Positions 36,185 to 48,593 of a DNA stretch of 64,000 bases are shown in pieces. The first letter of the stretch is position 1. Each line of letters begins with the position of its first letter. The position numbers and the translations under genes were made by a program. The DNA comes from Tubulanus polymorphus (Eukaryota; Animalia; Nemertea), in the NCBI RefSeq assembly GCF_964204645.1, contig NC_134033.1, positions 16,376,655 to 16,440,654 on the forward strand, given 5' to 3'. Under the pieces are notes generated by a model. That model had not been told where the DNA came from. It worked only from the letters and a program-made list of their open reading frames with translations, and did no database searches.

Positions 36185-38200
36185 TCTTAGAGACGCTGGA
36201 GTCTCTTACCGTCTGGGGCGTACATCTTTAACGAACTGTTTCATCTCTTTCTCCTGGCTCTTGATAATGCTTCTTGATGTTTTCCTTTCGACTTTGACCT
36301 TGTTTTTGAAGAAGGTGTAGGTCGGCATCGCTGTATATTGTACCGATTCGTCACTTCCTAAAAAGTGACGAATAAATCATTAAAGCAGAATACGACGGGT
36401 TTTTTGGACGCTTTAAGTACAAACGAACCCGTCTCTCATGGACTTACGGTCAATTTATCGACGTCAACTTTTAGAAAAACGGCATTAGAATATTTGGTGG
36501 CGTCTCCTTCGAAGACAGGAGCGATTCGATGACAAGGGCGCCACCTACAGATAAATCAACAAATACAAACAGATCCGTTAGTACACAGAGGTTAAGTGAT
36601 AGGGTTAAGGTTATAGCAAATAAGGCATATGTTTTTCTTGACCTCTCAATCAATTTGTAAATAGTTTATCAAAAGAGCCACCGATTGATTGACGGAAAAA
36701 TCGGAATGGATTTTTGTTTATTTTTTCGCTCAGGCTATTTTTACGACGCCGTTAACGGATGACACTAGCTATATTTACGACGTTTCATTCTGATTGGCTA
36801 ATCACGTTGCGCATGCGCACTAGGGTGCGCGACTTAGAAAATTCAAGGCAAGTGTGGAGAGTTAGAGAAAATCGAGCGGATCGAGCGAGACTCGAACCCG
36901 GGCCAGTAAATTACTAGCGCAGCATCATACCACTAGATCACCGAGCTCGCTGGGATTCGGTCGAATGTTTTAACTAGATATAGCCTCACCTTACCCTAAT
37001 CCTATCCCGGGGGTAAAACGGACCCTTACCCTAACCCTAACCCTCTCTGGACCCTCTTCTCACCCTCTTGACACTAATCCTCTCCTCTCTTGACCATAAT
37101 CCTAAATTCAATATAAAACCGTCGTAAATGTAGAATTCACGACCGCTTTACGACGCCGTAAATATAGCCACTTTGTTATTTTTTTGGTGGCCCGGCCCGG
37201 TCTGTCGGGCAACTAACTTTAACCAGGTTGCGAACAAATCTACGACGACCATTTTCGAACCAGCGCTGTTCAGTTCAGCCTGAAATTCAGCATCATCGTT
37301 TAAAACTTTTAAATTACCAGACATCGCGGCTTCAGATCGATTTACCGATTCGCAATAATGATTACCGCAGTTTTCGACCGGTGCACCACCCAGCGGCAGA
37401 ACGTAGAATCCTCTATTCATCGGGGCGCGGACTATTCGCTACTAAACGGATTTGATCTCGGTTTTCTATCAAACATAGCACTAAAATTGGTATTAACCTC
37501 GCCAATATCTGATATCGAATTCCTAGAATAAATTATTACAGATCGTGAGCAGTGGGGGTACAAAGTACACGACATCTTGGGGCTGCGGTGCCGAACCCTT
37601 TTGGGAGCGGCCTCTGTGCCCCGCGGGCCCCGTTGCGTCCCGGGCTATCGATACAACCGCGAAACGGCAGTTTTTTACAGTCATGACGACAGCTAAGAGT
37701 AGTGCAAATAACCATCAGAAAAAAACCCATTCTTCGATCTGCTTTTCACATTTCGAAATTCATGTGACTGTCACAATCAGGTGACGCTCTTTATTTCTGG
37801 GCTATTGGCGAAAAGCGACTATCGAATTAAGCACGCGGCGCCGGCGTTATACGTAAAAACAATAGTGTCACAAGTTACTCGGCTGAGTGCACTATCGATC
37901 GGGTGTCAATCCGTTATCGAGAGTCCTTGGACTAACTATCAAATAGGTTCAATCAATTAGGTTATCAGTTCAAATGAAGATGATTTTGATATAGTCGAAA
38001 CGTTGAATGAACTTATTAACTTCGAGGATACATTTCGGACTTTATTTGTCTTTGTTAGTGTCAGATATTACATGAGTCTCTATGATAGCGTGGTTGTGTT
38101 GTTGTCGCGACCAGAACTAGGCCTATTAAATACTCATCACCGGCTTTAAGTTAGATTCGCAGTGTATTTCTGGTCTCTATATCTGCGCCGAGGGAACGCT

Positions 38201-41200
38201 ATGGTTTATAACAAGTAAGTTGTTAATTCTACGCAGTATAATAAACGACGCGATGAATTGGGTCGCGCATTCAAAAAAGAAGAACACTTGTCTCTAATGA
38301 ATGGTGTTAGTGTATGCAAGATAGTATGTAGATGAGTCGTGCTTCCTGGCGTCGAATCAATGAATAGGTTAACTCGATTTAATCATGCACTCTCTAGACA
38401 ATGATTTTATCAAAAGCACGCGCTTTATTGCTAGGCATACTATAGTGCATACTAGCTTTATCGAATACACTTGAACTTGAACTTATATTTATTGCGCCGT
38501 ATATAACATTTATACATAGGATAAGTCATGCGACAAATTTACAGGACAAAACATTGGAGAAGAGTACATAATACATGTAGCATAAAAACAACAGCTTATA
38601 CCAGAAACACCAGCTTGTTCCAGAATACACAGCCGATTAGTCAGGCATACTCACCCGATGAAGCTACTGTAACCCAGTGTAGCGAAAACTGATCATTTAT
38701 TAAGTTTTTAGCTTAGACATTTTCATGAAACTGAGTTGGGCATTATTCATTGCTTGCGTCCAAAGATGATCTCAAAACTAAGAGACTTGTATTAGATATG
38801 ACATAGATTGTCCTAGATCTCGACCTTGACTGACCCCTGGCTGGAATCCTGCGACACCTATACCCAGAAATCCCAACTATCAAACATGTTTTCTTGTTTT
38901 AGGTTTTTCGCAGTTCTGGTGGTTCTATTGGCGATACTGGTGTCACATGACGCGTTACCGCTTTACGACCGCAGCGCCTCTGCCGGTCACTTGCTACTAC
39001 AACAGTACCTCGACGCCAGTCGCAGCTTGAGCGATCACGTGATCGTCGATGGCGACGCCGAACAGCAGACGTCTACCAGTCACGTGGCCCGGCAACAACT
39101 GAGAGGTTTGGCAAAAAATATCTTTGGCCATCCTCGCTTGCCAGGTCTTGGATTGCCCGTCCGCCGAAGTTCACACCAATAACAACCCTGGCCGCAAATA
39201 TTTAATTGGGCGCACAGGGGTCCCGTTCAGCGCCCACCAGTCTATATATCAAGCCAGTCAGATGCGTTTTTGCAGGCACGACGTTTGCTCTACAAATACC
39301 ACGCATCTGATTGGCTAGATATATAGACTGGTGGGCGCTGAGCGGGGACCTGTCCGCGCAAGAAATCGCGGGGCAATGTAATAGACCAATGAAGGGTTTG
39401 CGGCCAGGGGTTTGTGTTGGCGTGAGCTCCAGTGGGCGGCAATCAAACCCTGGCAAGCGAGGATGATATTTGACGTGAATAACCGAAACATCATTTTTTT
39501 GCATCCAAAACTATTTATATAACCTGTAAGAATCCTGGGCCCGGTTTCATAGACCGAGTATCAAAGTTTTCCCTAGGGGTAAATCCTCAATCTGGGTGAC
39601 AAAACCACCATAGTTACAATGAGAAACCATGGTTATAACAGGCAAATTTCAGAATGTTCCCAGGGACTCTTTTTCTTCCACATCTATGAAACCCACCCCA
39701 GGGTCTTGTGTCCAAGACCATCGAATATTGTGAGTTGCCCCTATCTCATATTTGATTGGGATCTCTTAAAAACGTTTACCCGGGCGCGTTGGAAGCAATG
39801 TTTTATTGCTGCGGCCAAATGCCGATTTTGGACAGATTCTTAAAATTCTCAACAACGCCACTGCTACCGGCATATCAAATGGAATCTTTCTTATAAACTT
39901 CTCTCTTTTGGTTGGATAAGGGCAAGTTTTCCACTCTGAAACTCTGCAAAGAATGTACCTCGCTTATCAACAAATGTTCAAATGCGTCGCCTTAATTTCT
40001 TATACGCCTCTTAAATTGACTTTCCTTTTCACTGATCAAAAAATACCCCCGGATATGACACAAGAATTTTAAAAGTCGACCGCGGATCTGTCCCTGCATT
40101 TTATAACTATATTTGTTGAAGATGGCGACTTATTTTGCAGCCGTATCCAAAGCTTTATGGAGCGTCATCTGGTCTCGGTACACACGTGGCAATACGGAAG
40201 TGGGGACAATGAGTTGCGCCACCTGTCGGTTTCTGGTGATAGCAGTAAAGACCCTAATCGAACAGCAGCCGACGCGTGAGAAGTTAATAGAAGGACTGAT
40301 CAGTATCTGTAAAGTGCTCAAAATCGAAGATACTCGCGTTTGCGATAGTGTAATCAGAGAATTCCAGGTACGGGGAACGGCAGCTGAATATTCCACCCAT
40401 ATCCACAGTGCTCTGCGACGTTATATATGGATTCTTAGCGAGTCTACATAAAGTGTTTAGATATGTTTTCCTTCTTGGAATTCTTGGTTTTTTTTTCTAG
40501 AACGAAGTTTTATACGTTGTGTCGCATTTAGTGTTTGACGCGGATGAGTTGTGTGGACTGGTTGTCGGCGATTCGTGCGGTAAACCTTACAATCCAATGG
40601 ACATGTGGAACGTATCTTTACCTAACATACCGAAACCACCGATTCGTCCACCAGTTCCACCAAAGGTAACCTTTATGGGGAAAATGGGGCATCTTTTGAT
40701 AAAATATGTGGGTGCATCGCAACTGGGGCCATCTTTCGTTTAAAATATGTTGGTGCATCGCTACTGGGGGAGGGGGCATCTTTTGATAAGATATGTGGGT
40801 GCCTCGTTGCTTGGGGCATCTTTTGATAATGGGGGGGGGGGGGGGTGAGGGGCATATTTTGATGAAATAGGCCTATGTGGCTGAATCTGCAACATGGTCT
40901 GTCCGTTCAAATCTATAACACGAATAAAATGGCTCTAAAAGTTATGATTTCGCTAAAATGACCCCTAAAATCACGAAATATCTATTTTTCAAGCCTGGTT
41001 CACCTACATTGAGGATTCTACAGTTAGCTGATATACATTACGATCCTCTGTATAAAATAGGCAGCAATGCGAAATGCGGAGAACCACTTTGTTGCCACGA
41101 AGTGGACGGAATGGCTCGTAAGTATTGCTTGCAACACAGGAATAAATACCCCTGAAATTCTTGAATAAGAGTTGCATTCAACTCATTTAATTCACCCGTC

Positions 41201-44200
41201 TTCGGATATATTAACACATTACCCAAGTCATCACTATTTGTGAGTCCACATCTAAATATTTCTAATCTACTTTACTAAGTGTAGGTCGTCATGTGGATAA
41301 GTGTTATCACATTACCAGCTGAGATCATCAGTATTTCGAGTCCCAATTCTTATTTCCAATTTATACATTACTAACTGTGAGCCATAATTTTGAATCGTCA
41401 CATTACGGAAGTCACCTCTATTTTGAGTCTCAATTTGTATTTTTCAATTTTCAACTTACTAAATAGGCCATAATTTTGTTGAGTCGTCACACTACTGAAG
41501 TTGTCTCCTATTTTACATGTATTTAAAATTCAATTTACTAAGTGAAAGTCGTCATTTGGATTTCGGAATGACTACGAAAACTTCAAAAGTTCCAATGCAG
41601 GAACATGTGATATAATGTCCCGTTTTGTATTTAAGCTCCTGGTAAACCGGTGGCTGGCAAGTGGGGATATCCCGGATCGTGCGACTCGCCGATACAATTG
41701 ATCGAAAATCTGTTCGCTCACATTAACAAAACCGATAAAGTAAGAAATCGAAGAAAATAAATATTCATAATTTTGTCCAAACATATTGGACGACCACACG
41801 CACAGTGGGCTTCATAATTTTGTCCAAACATATTGGACGACCACACGCAGTGGGCTTCAAGATTGTATCCAAATACATTGAACGACAGCACAGTGTAGAC
41901 TACCCCCCCTCCCTGCCCCATCCCCATAACCAGGCACGGTTGGCTACCCCGCAAAGGAAGACACACAGTCAACACACAGTACACGGTCATAGAACAAAGC
42001 TAAGCCGTAAGCACGTGCGACGGCGATCAATGATGACGAATCTTCGTGAATTTCCACCCGTATATGTCATATATACCGCAAGCTCGGTGATGTAGTCACG
42101 TGAGGAGTGATAGTGAAATCCTTTAGATTTTGGCGAAGGCACCTCATAGGTGACTGACCCACTGACTAAATTGTCCGCTAGATGGCGAACTAGTCGAAGG
42201 TGGCTGCTCTTACAGCACTGGCATGTAGTGTAGAGCTGTCTTGAGTTGACCCTGGCTCCTTTTCTCTACAACTCTTACGTCAATAGAGACGATGTATTTG
42301 TTTTGTGGTGGTTTTTGTATTTGTTTTGTGGTGTTTTCTACGTAGTTTGATATGATCTATTGGACCGGTGATCTGCCCTCTCACAACGTCTGGAACCAGA
42401 CTCGTGCGCAACAAATCGCCGTATACAAAACACTGACGAAACTGTTCCTGAAATATTTCCCGGGAGTACCGATATACGGGGCTTTAGGAAACCACGAGAG
42501 CGCACCTGTAAACAGGTACGTAGGAATGGCATGTTGAAAGTGTGATTGGATCCAGGACCCAATATTCTAACGGCTTAAACGGCTCTAACAGCTTATCTTA
42601 CCTCAAAATGTGGAACTGGATCCTGAGTTCAGAGTTAACTCTAGCTCACAACTTTGTAACTGGAATTAAATAACTGGATCCTGAGTTCAAAACTGTGAAT
42701 TGAGTTTTGACTCAGATTAACTCATTGGAAATTAACTAATTTTAACTCAGAGTGATCACTAACTCACGACCGTGGAACTACTGGCCTCTGGATCCTGGAG
42801 TTCAGTGTTAACTCACAACTGTGGAACTGGATCCTGAGTTCTGGGTTAACTCTAACTCACCGATTGTGGAACTTAATCCCCGTGCTAGCCCCCGTGCCAT
42901 TAACCTCTCTGCGTAACTATCTCATTCCAGTTTTCCTCCGCCGTTTATAACCGGGGACAACTCGATTCGATGGTTGTACAGCGAAATCGACCAAAGCTGG
43001 AGTCATTGGTTACTTGATTCGACCAGACGAACCATCCTCTAGTAAGTTTAACCCTCTAGCTACATAACTATCAGTCAGAAAAAATGCCGATTTTCACAGC
43101 ACCAAACAGTCTTGGATTATCATTGAATTCTGAGTTATTTTCAGCGGTGGTTATTATACGGCTTTGGTGAAACCCGGATTACGAGTGGTGTCGTTAAACA
43201 TGAATTACTGTAACAATCAGAACTGGTGGTTATTGCTGAATTCTACAGACCCGGCTCAAGAATTACAGTGGTTAGTCGATGTATTGCAACACGCCGAGAA
43301 TAACCACGAAAAGGTATTTCACAGCGGTGCATCCTTCATCGGCGGGGATTCAAACCTGATGGCATCGTGAGACGCTGCCACGTTCCTCCCTCGGTAGGGA
43401 TTCGAACCTGATGGCTTCGTCAAACTCTCGGCAGGGGTTCAATAGATTCAAATCCCTGTCACGAAAGCTGCATTACAGATTGTCACCTTGACCTTTTGGA
43501 TCTGTGTATTATCTGTGTAAAAGTAAAATACGTATAAGTAGTTGTTTTATTCTGTAGGTTCATATCATAGGCCATATTCCGAATGGGAAGTGGGATTGCA
43601 TGAAACCATGGAGTTGGAACTATTATAACATCATAAACAGGTATTTGAATAAATTCACCTTTAATAATGTTAGCGAACGAAATACAACTCGAACATTATA
43701 GAATCTCAACTGTGCATCTACAGCAGTCCTAACGCTACCGAGTTTCTGATTCTCAACTCTGCAACTACAGCAGTCCAAACGCTACCGAGTTCCCTGATTC
43801 TCAACTCGGTAGAATATTTCATTCGTCCTTCACGTTAAGTAAATTTCCTTGCTATAAAAATGTTGTATCTTTGTCATTTATGATATCAGAAATAAAAGAA
43901 CGATATTTTACGGTGTAGACATTATCATGAATGTTGAATTCATTCTGTGATATAAAGAACTGAATATATGAATCACAATGGAAGCTCGTGGGTCGGTTTG
44001 AAATCTAGCCAACCTTCGAAATTCTATTTATATAGAAAACATATAACCGAATTTCAATTCTAGCGGCACGCGTTTTTACGAGCAGTTTCCAGCCGCTGGA
44101 CAAAAAAGCTTTCGCATGCAATAGCTGGAAATTGCCGCTGGTAGCTGGAAACCGCTCCCGCAGTTTGGCCGTTTTCACGAGCGTTTTTGGTGGCAGAGCT

Positions 44201-47200
44201 GGAAACCGCTGTGCTAAGCATTTTTTTCGAGAGGTTTCAAGCCAGCAATTTCCAGCTGAGAAATTTTGCAGTAGCTTTTTCCAGCTGCCGGGTTTTCCAG
44301 CTCGGGTCCAATGGTTCGGTTGTGTTTTCACGAGTGGCAGCTGGAAACCGCTCGTTAAAACTAGCCTTAACTAACGAACCTACTAAATTCGAGTAGCAAA
44401 AACTCGCACTTTTGATAAAATCTTATTAACCCTACGCTTTGCAGTAAGCCTCACCCATAAAACTCAGATAAGGCCAACTCGGAATTTTTATCTAACTCAG
44501 ACAACAAACGAAATCGTTTTTTTCTGACTGGCCAACGCATTTTCCTATCAAGGTTTAATTTTACCACCGGTGCGGCGAGGTTTACTGTAGTATTTGTCTT
44601 AACGTTTTACCGCTTCGACATTAGGTTAACGAAAGCTCTTCTAACGACTCTCCTTATTTTCATGAAAATGTCTAAACCTCGTCACATTTTCAGATACGAG
44701 AGCGTCGTCGGCGCTCAGTTCTTCGGCCACACGCATCGCGATGAATTCGAGATATTCTACGATTTGTCGAATAAATCGCGAGCGTTGAATATCGCTTACA
44801 TATCGCCAAGTGTGACTACGTTACCGCGGCTGTTTCCAGGGTATCGTATTTACACCGTCGATCGACAGCCGTCTGCCATGGTACGTCACGACACCGCACC
44901 GCACCACGTGACCTATTATAGTCAGCGCACGCGTTCAACCAATCAGCATTCGGCATTAACTTCACACAGGCGCATGCGTGAAGCCCACGCTCTCTCACTC
45001 TATCTAGCTTTGTGTTTTGTTTTGGTGATAGGTTATATCAGTGGACTATAAAACGAATATTCGTTTTAAATGTTTAATTAAGACTAAAAGAATCGATACC
45101 TTGTTTCTCCGCTCTACTGAGCTTTAAAGTTGACCCGACCGGCCGCCTATCTACCCTGTATATTACTATTTTAAAAATGGTGATCAATTTTACCATAACA
45201 GACCCGGCCGCTATAGAAATGAGCTGATTACAAATTCCATTACATTTTACAAAAAATAGCCCGCTGCGAAGAAACAAGGTATCATTTTTGTTTAGCCTCA
45301 TGATTAGTTTGTTTTTCACACAGTGTGTGCTACACTTTTTTGACGGACAATCAAAATGCACATTTTAACTTGACAAAATGCACATTTAACCATTCATAGT
45401 CCATGATTTGATTATCATAGATTGTCTAAATTAGGCACGGGCCAAAATCGTCTCCGAGCGATCGAGGCTTATGTCCACTGGTAAATGAACCCTAACCCAA
45501 CAGTATTAAGAGAATCAAACAACAATGATTAATAATATAAAGTTCGAAAATGTCTCCCTAAACTTGTATAGTTCATTCAAAGTCTCGACCATCCTAATTA
45601 TAGTCACATCTTCAGGAAAACTGTATTCCTTGAACTAGTGTAGTTTATTCAACGTTTCGACCATATCCTAATAGTCATCTTCAGGAATACTGTATTCCTT
45701 GAGCTAGTGTAGTTTATTCAACGTTTCGACTATATCCTAATAGTCATCTTCAGGAATACTGTATTCCTTGAACTAGTGTAGTTTATTCAACGTTTCGACT
45801 ATATCCTAATAGTCATCTTCAGGAATACTGTATTCCTTGAGCTAGTGTAGTTTATTCGACGTTTCGACTATATCCTAATAGTCATCTTCAGGAATACTGT
45901 ATTCCTTGAGCTAGTAGTTCATTCAACGACTATATCCTAATAGTCACATCTTCAGGAAAATTGTATTCCTTGAGCTAGTGTAGTTTATTCAACGTTTCGA
46001 CTATATCCTAATAGTCATCTTCAGGAATACTGTATTCCTTGAGCTAGTAGTTCATTCAACGACTATATCCTAATAGTCACATCTTCAGGAAAATTGTATT
46101 CCTTGAGCTAGTGTAGTTTATTCAACGTTTCGACTTTTTCCTGAAAGTCATCTTTAGGAATACTGTATTCCTTGAGCTAGTGTAGTTTATTCAACGTTTC
46201 GACTATATCCTAATAGTCATCTTCAGGAATACTGTATTCCTTGAGCTAGTGTAGTTTATTCAACGTTTCGACCATATCCTGATAGTCATCTTCAGGAATA
46301 CTGTATTCCTTGAACTAGTGTAGTTTATTCAACGTTTCGACTTTACCCAGCTCAGTCATTCTCGAGAACACTGAATTTTTCGTCATTATTGTGGGATTCT
46401 CTTCATATCTGTATCGTCACAACACGGATATATTGGCTTATCTATGGTTAACTCTAAGCCACCTTTCGAGCAACTGGCCCTGGGTTTATCTATACTGGTA
46501 GATTTTAGAATGGTTGCGGGGTTCTTCTATTGGCACAACTGAGAACCTTTAGATTCCTGTACAAATGTCCTGCATGCACCACTCTCTATATCCTACCTAT
46601 ATTTCCAGATATGAAGGCACGGTAGCCGGTCAATTTTTCGGTCACACGCACAAAGACGAATTCGAAATATTCTACGATCAAAATGACGTCAGACGAGCGA
46701 ATAATATAGTTTTTATATCGCCCAGTATCACCCCTTTTACTGCGACCCCTAATTATACTCTTAACTCCGGGTATCGCATTTATACCGTGGATAATACAAT
46801 ACGAAAGGTAAATAACGATGACCCAACTAACATTTATTTACAGTAAACCTCGCCCTAACCTCGGACAAACCGGGACCGGTGGAAAAATTGATCCGGGGTT
46901 AGTGAAGACAGCGTTAATGATCGGAAGATACGTTTATGAAGTTGGTGAAACATCAAAATGTGATGTTTCAGTCCGAGTTTGAGACGAACGTCGAAAATTG
47001 ATTTCATAAGGCGAGGTTTACTGTTGATACGTCTAACTCATCCTCGCTTGCCAGGGTTTGATTGCCTCTCGCCGAGCCCATACCCTGGCCGCAGACCCTT
47101 CATTGGTATATTACATCGCCCAAGATTTCACGAGTGGACAGGTCACCGCTAAGCGGCCACCAGTCCATACGTCTAGCCATTCAGATGCGTTGTTTTCACC

Positions 47201-47758
47201 GGCAGATACGCTCTACCAATTTGGTCGACAACTGTACGTAATTCGTGTTTCTGAATCAGAAAACCAAAATGTCCGTTACATCATTTCAGGATGTTTTGGA
47301 TCATGAAACGTATATATTGAACATCACTGAAGCGAATATCTCCAACGACCCTAAATGGGTCCTCGAATACAAAGCTAAGGTAAGCGTCGCTACAAAATGG
47401 AGGATTCGATGTTTTAACCGTATTCAAATTCTAGATTTATGTCGATATTCGTCCTCGACTACTTCTTTATAGGACGCTTACGGTATGACATCATTGTACC
47501 CACGTGACTGGGATAAACTCGTGCAGCGAATGAAAACGGACGACGAATCGTGGAATAAATTCCAAACGTAACGTTTTAAAACACCGATCAGGTTCGAATC
47601 CCAGCGTGTGTAAAGTCACGAATTTTTTTTTCACATTTTGCAGATACTACGTGAAGTCTTCGGATTCGTCAGCTCGATGCGAGGGCAGCGCCTGTCGACA
47701 CAGCATGCTATGTGCTTTACAGACTGGACGGTCACACGATCAAACGTTCTGTAACTAA
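38201..47758 (+). CDS. SMPD1: Acid sphingomyelinase (signal peptide, saposin B, Pro-rich linker, metallophosphoesterase), 618 or 622 aa depending on exon choice
   Basis: Exons: 38201-38214, 38903-39105, 40141-40367, 40501-40665, 40994-41117, 41636-41739, 42346-42515, 42931-43041, 43145-43313, 43558-43640, [44694-44880 or 46609-46807], 47290-47379, 47473-47567, 47644-47758. All phases are consistent. Six saposin cysteines, PKPP linker and metal-ligand motifs DIHYD, TGD, GNHE, GHIP and GHTH are present. An alternative in-frame ATG lies at 38886. Confidence 0.95.
39129..39465. mobile_element. Foldback MITE, palindromic over most of its length
   Basis: CATCCTCGCTTGCCAGG / CCTGGCAAGCGAGGATG termini with long imperfect arms. 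A half copy lies at 47039-47190. Confidence 0.8.
44072..44361. mobile_element. MITE with internal AGCTGGAAA repeats
   Basis: Imperfect TIRs GTTTTTACGAGCAGTTTCCAGC / GCTGGAAACCGCTCGTTAAAAC. Confidence 0.65.
44694..44880 (+). CDS. SMPD1: SMPD1 mutually exclusive exon A
   Basis: ttttcAG acceptor and GTACGT donor, 187 nt: [62 protein letters not shown]. Confidence 0.85.
45569..46370 (-). ncRNA. Tandem array (69-bp unit, about 12 copies) of minimal type I hammerhead ribozymes, Penelope-like
   Basis: The minus-strand unit reads UAUUC-CUGAAGA-U-GACUA-uuaggaua-UAGUC-GAAA-CG-UU(or UC)-GAAUA. This gives stem I UAUUC/GAAUA, the CUGANGA and GAAA cores, a 5-bp stem II, a palindromic ACGU stem III and a GUU/GUC cleavage triplet. 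Intact copies: 45646-45689, 45715-45758, 45784-45827, 45853-45896 (GUC), 45986-46029, 46188-46231, 46257-46300. Confidence 0.75.
46609..46807 (+). CDS. SMPD1: SMPD1 mutually exclusive exon B
   Basis: tttccAG acceptor and GTAAAT donor, 199 nt: [66 protein letters not shown]. Confidence 0.85.
46841..47023. mobile_element. Tc1/mariner-type MITE
   Basis: TIRs CAGTAAACCTCGCC / GGCGAGGTTTACTG. A related element lies at 44442-44587. Confidence 0.7.
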
Positions 47759-48490
47759 GCAACCTCGAGACGTCCATTGCCGGAGAACTGGGTCAATGAT
47801 CTTTTTTAGAAATAGTTTGATTATGTCTTTCATATCACATCATTAAGGAAAAATAAATTTCGTTTGACAAATTATGGATTTTTTTGACTGACTCATCCGA
47901 TACAAACGATTATCCGATTTACGTGTTTCGTCTACCAAACTGATCCAGGGGTATCTGACCTTTTTACTATAACTGCAACGTCAATAATTGTCTGACTGGC
48001 TCCACCTGGCGGATAAGTAACGTTCCCATCGTCGTAAAAGAAACGGCAGTAGAACAAATGCACAAACACTGATTTGTTTATAACATTGAATTTATTTTCA
48101 TTGCTACAGTTTATAAACTAGTCGCTAGGTGGCACGATGTACGCTATTTATCCAGATCAGATTTTGATATTTCATTCAAATACATCTCACACTACAGAAG
48201 CAAGTGTTAATATATATATTCTAGTAATAATTCATATATTTCAACGAGATGAGTAGTACTTTAAATGTTAACTATTTATTTCATTTGACTTTCGCTATAA
48301 GTTTCATCACGGGTGAATGATGAATCCACTATTCTCTAGTAGAGGAGAGCTCGTGTATCGAATAAACTAGTTAATCTATAAAGTACTATCCATCTCGTAT
48401 TTATTCTATACCCGGTTATCACGACTCCTCTTCTCACGTATTTCATACTAATCGATTGTTCCAAAATGGCTTATATCATATATCATTCTG

Positions 48491-48593
48491 GACCCAGTTC
48501 CACAGTTGTGAATTAGAGTTAACTCTTAGTTAAAATTAGTTCATTTTCAATGACTCTGAGTCAAATCTTAACTCACGACTGTGGAACTGGGTC
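48491..48593. mobile_element. Short Harbinger-type MITE
   Basis: TIRs GACCCAGTTCCACAGT / ACTGTGGAACTGGGTC with CWG flanks. Rearranged copies lie at 42610-42872. Confidence 0.7.

Larger units (their letters stand above)
33925..37324 (-). pseudogene. TXNL1: Thioredoxin-like protein 1 (Trx plus PITH domains), decayed intron-containing copy
   Basis: Exon remnants: 37324-37224 (MSGNLKVLNDDAEFQAEL..), 36544-36448, 36357-36210, 35665-35645, 34977-34899 (IPLRYVKFKNV), 34575-34471 (NQGGEETT) and 33954-33925 (VTGKKGESH*). Lesions: active site WCGPC reads WWRPC; exon 3 has a frameshift and an internal deletion; the N-terminal PITH exons are absent; one exon is cut off by a (GGGA)n tract. Confidence 0.85.

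Noticed and set aside
36990-37045. Telomeric CCCTAA repeats
   Set aside because: Only 2-3 units, embedded in a MITE-like repeat; not an interstitial telomere array.
45569-46370. CRISPR-like appearance of regularly spaced palindromic repeats (also 62013-64000)
   Set aside because: There are no unique spacers because whole units repeat, there are no cas genes, and the context is eukaryotic introns.
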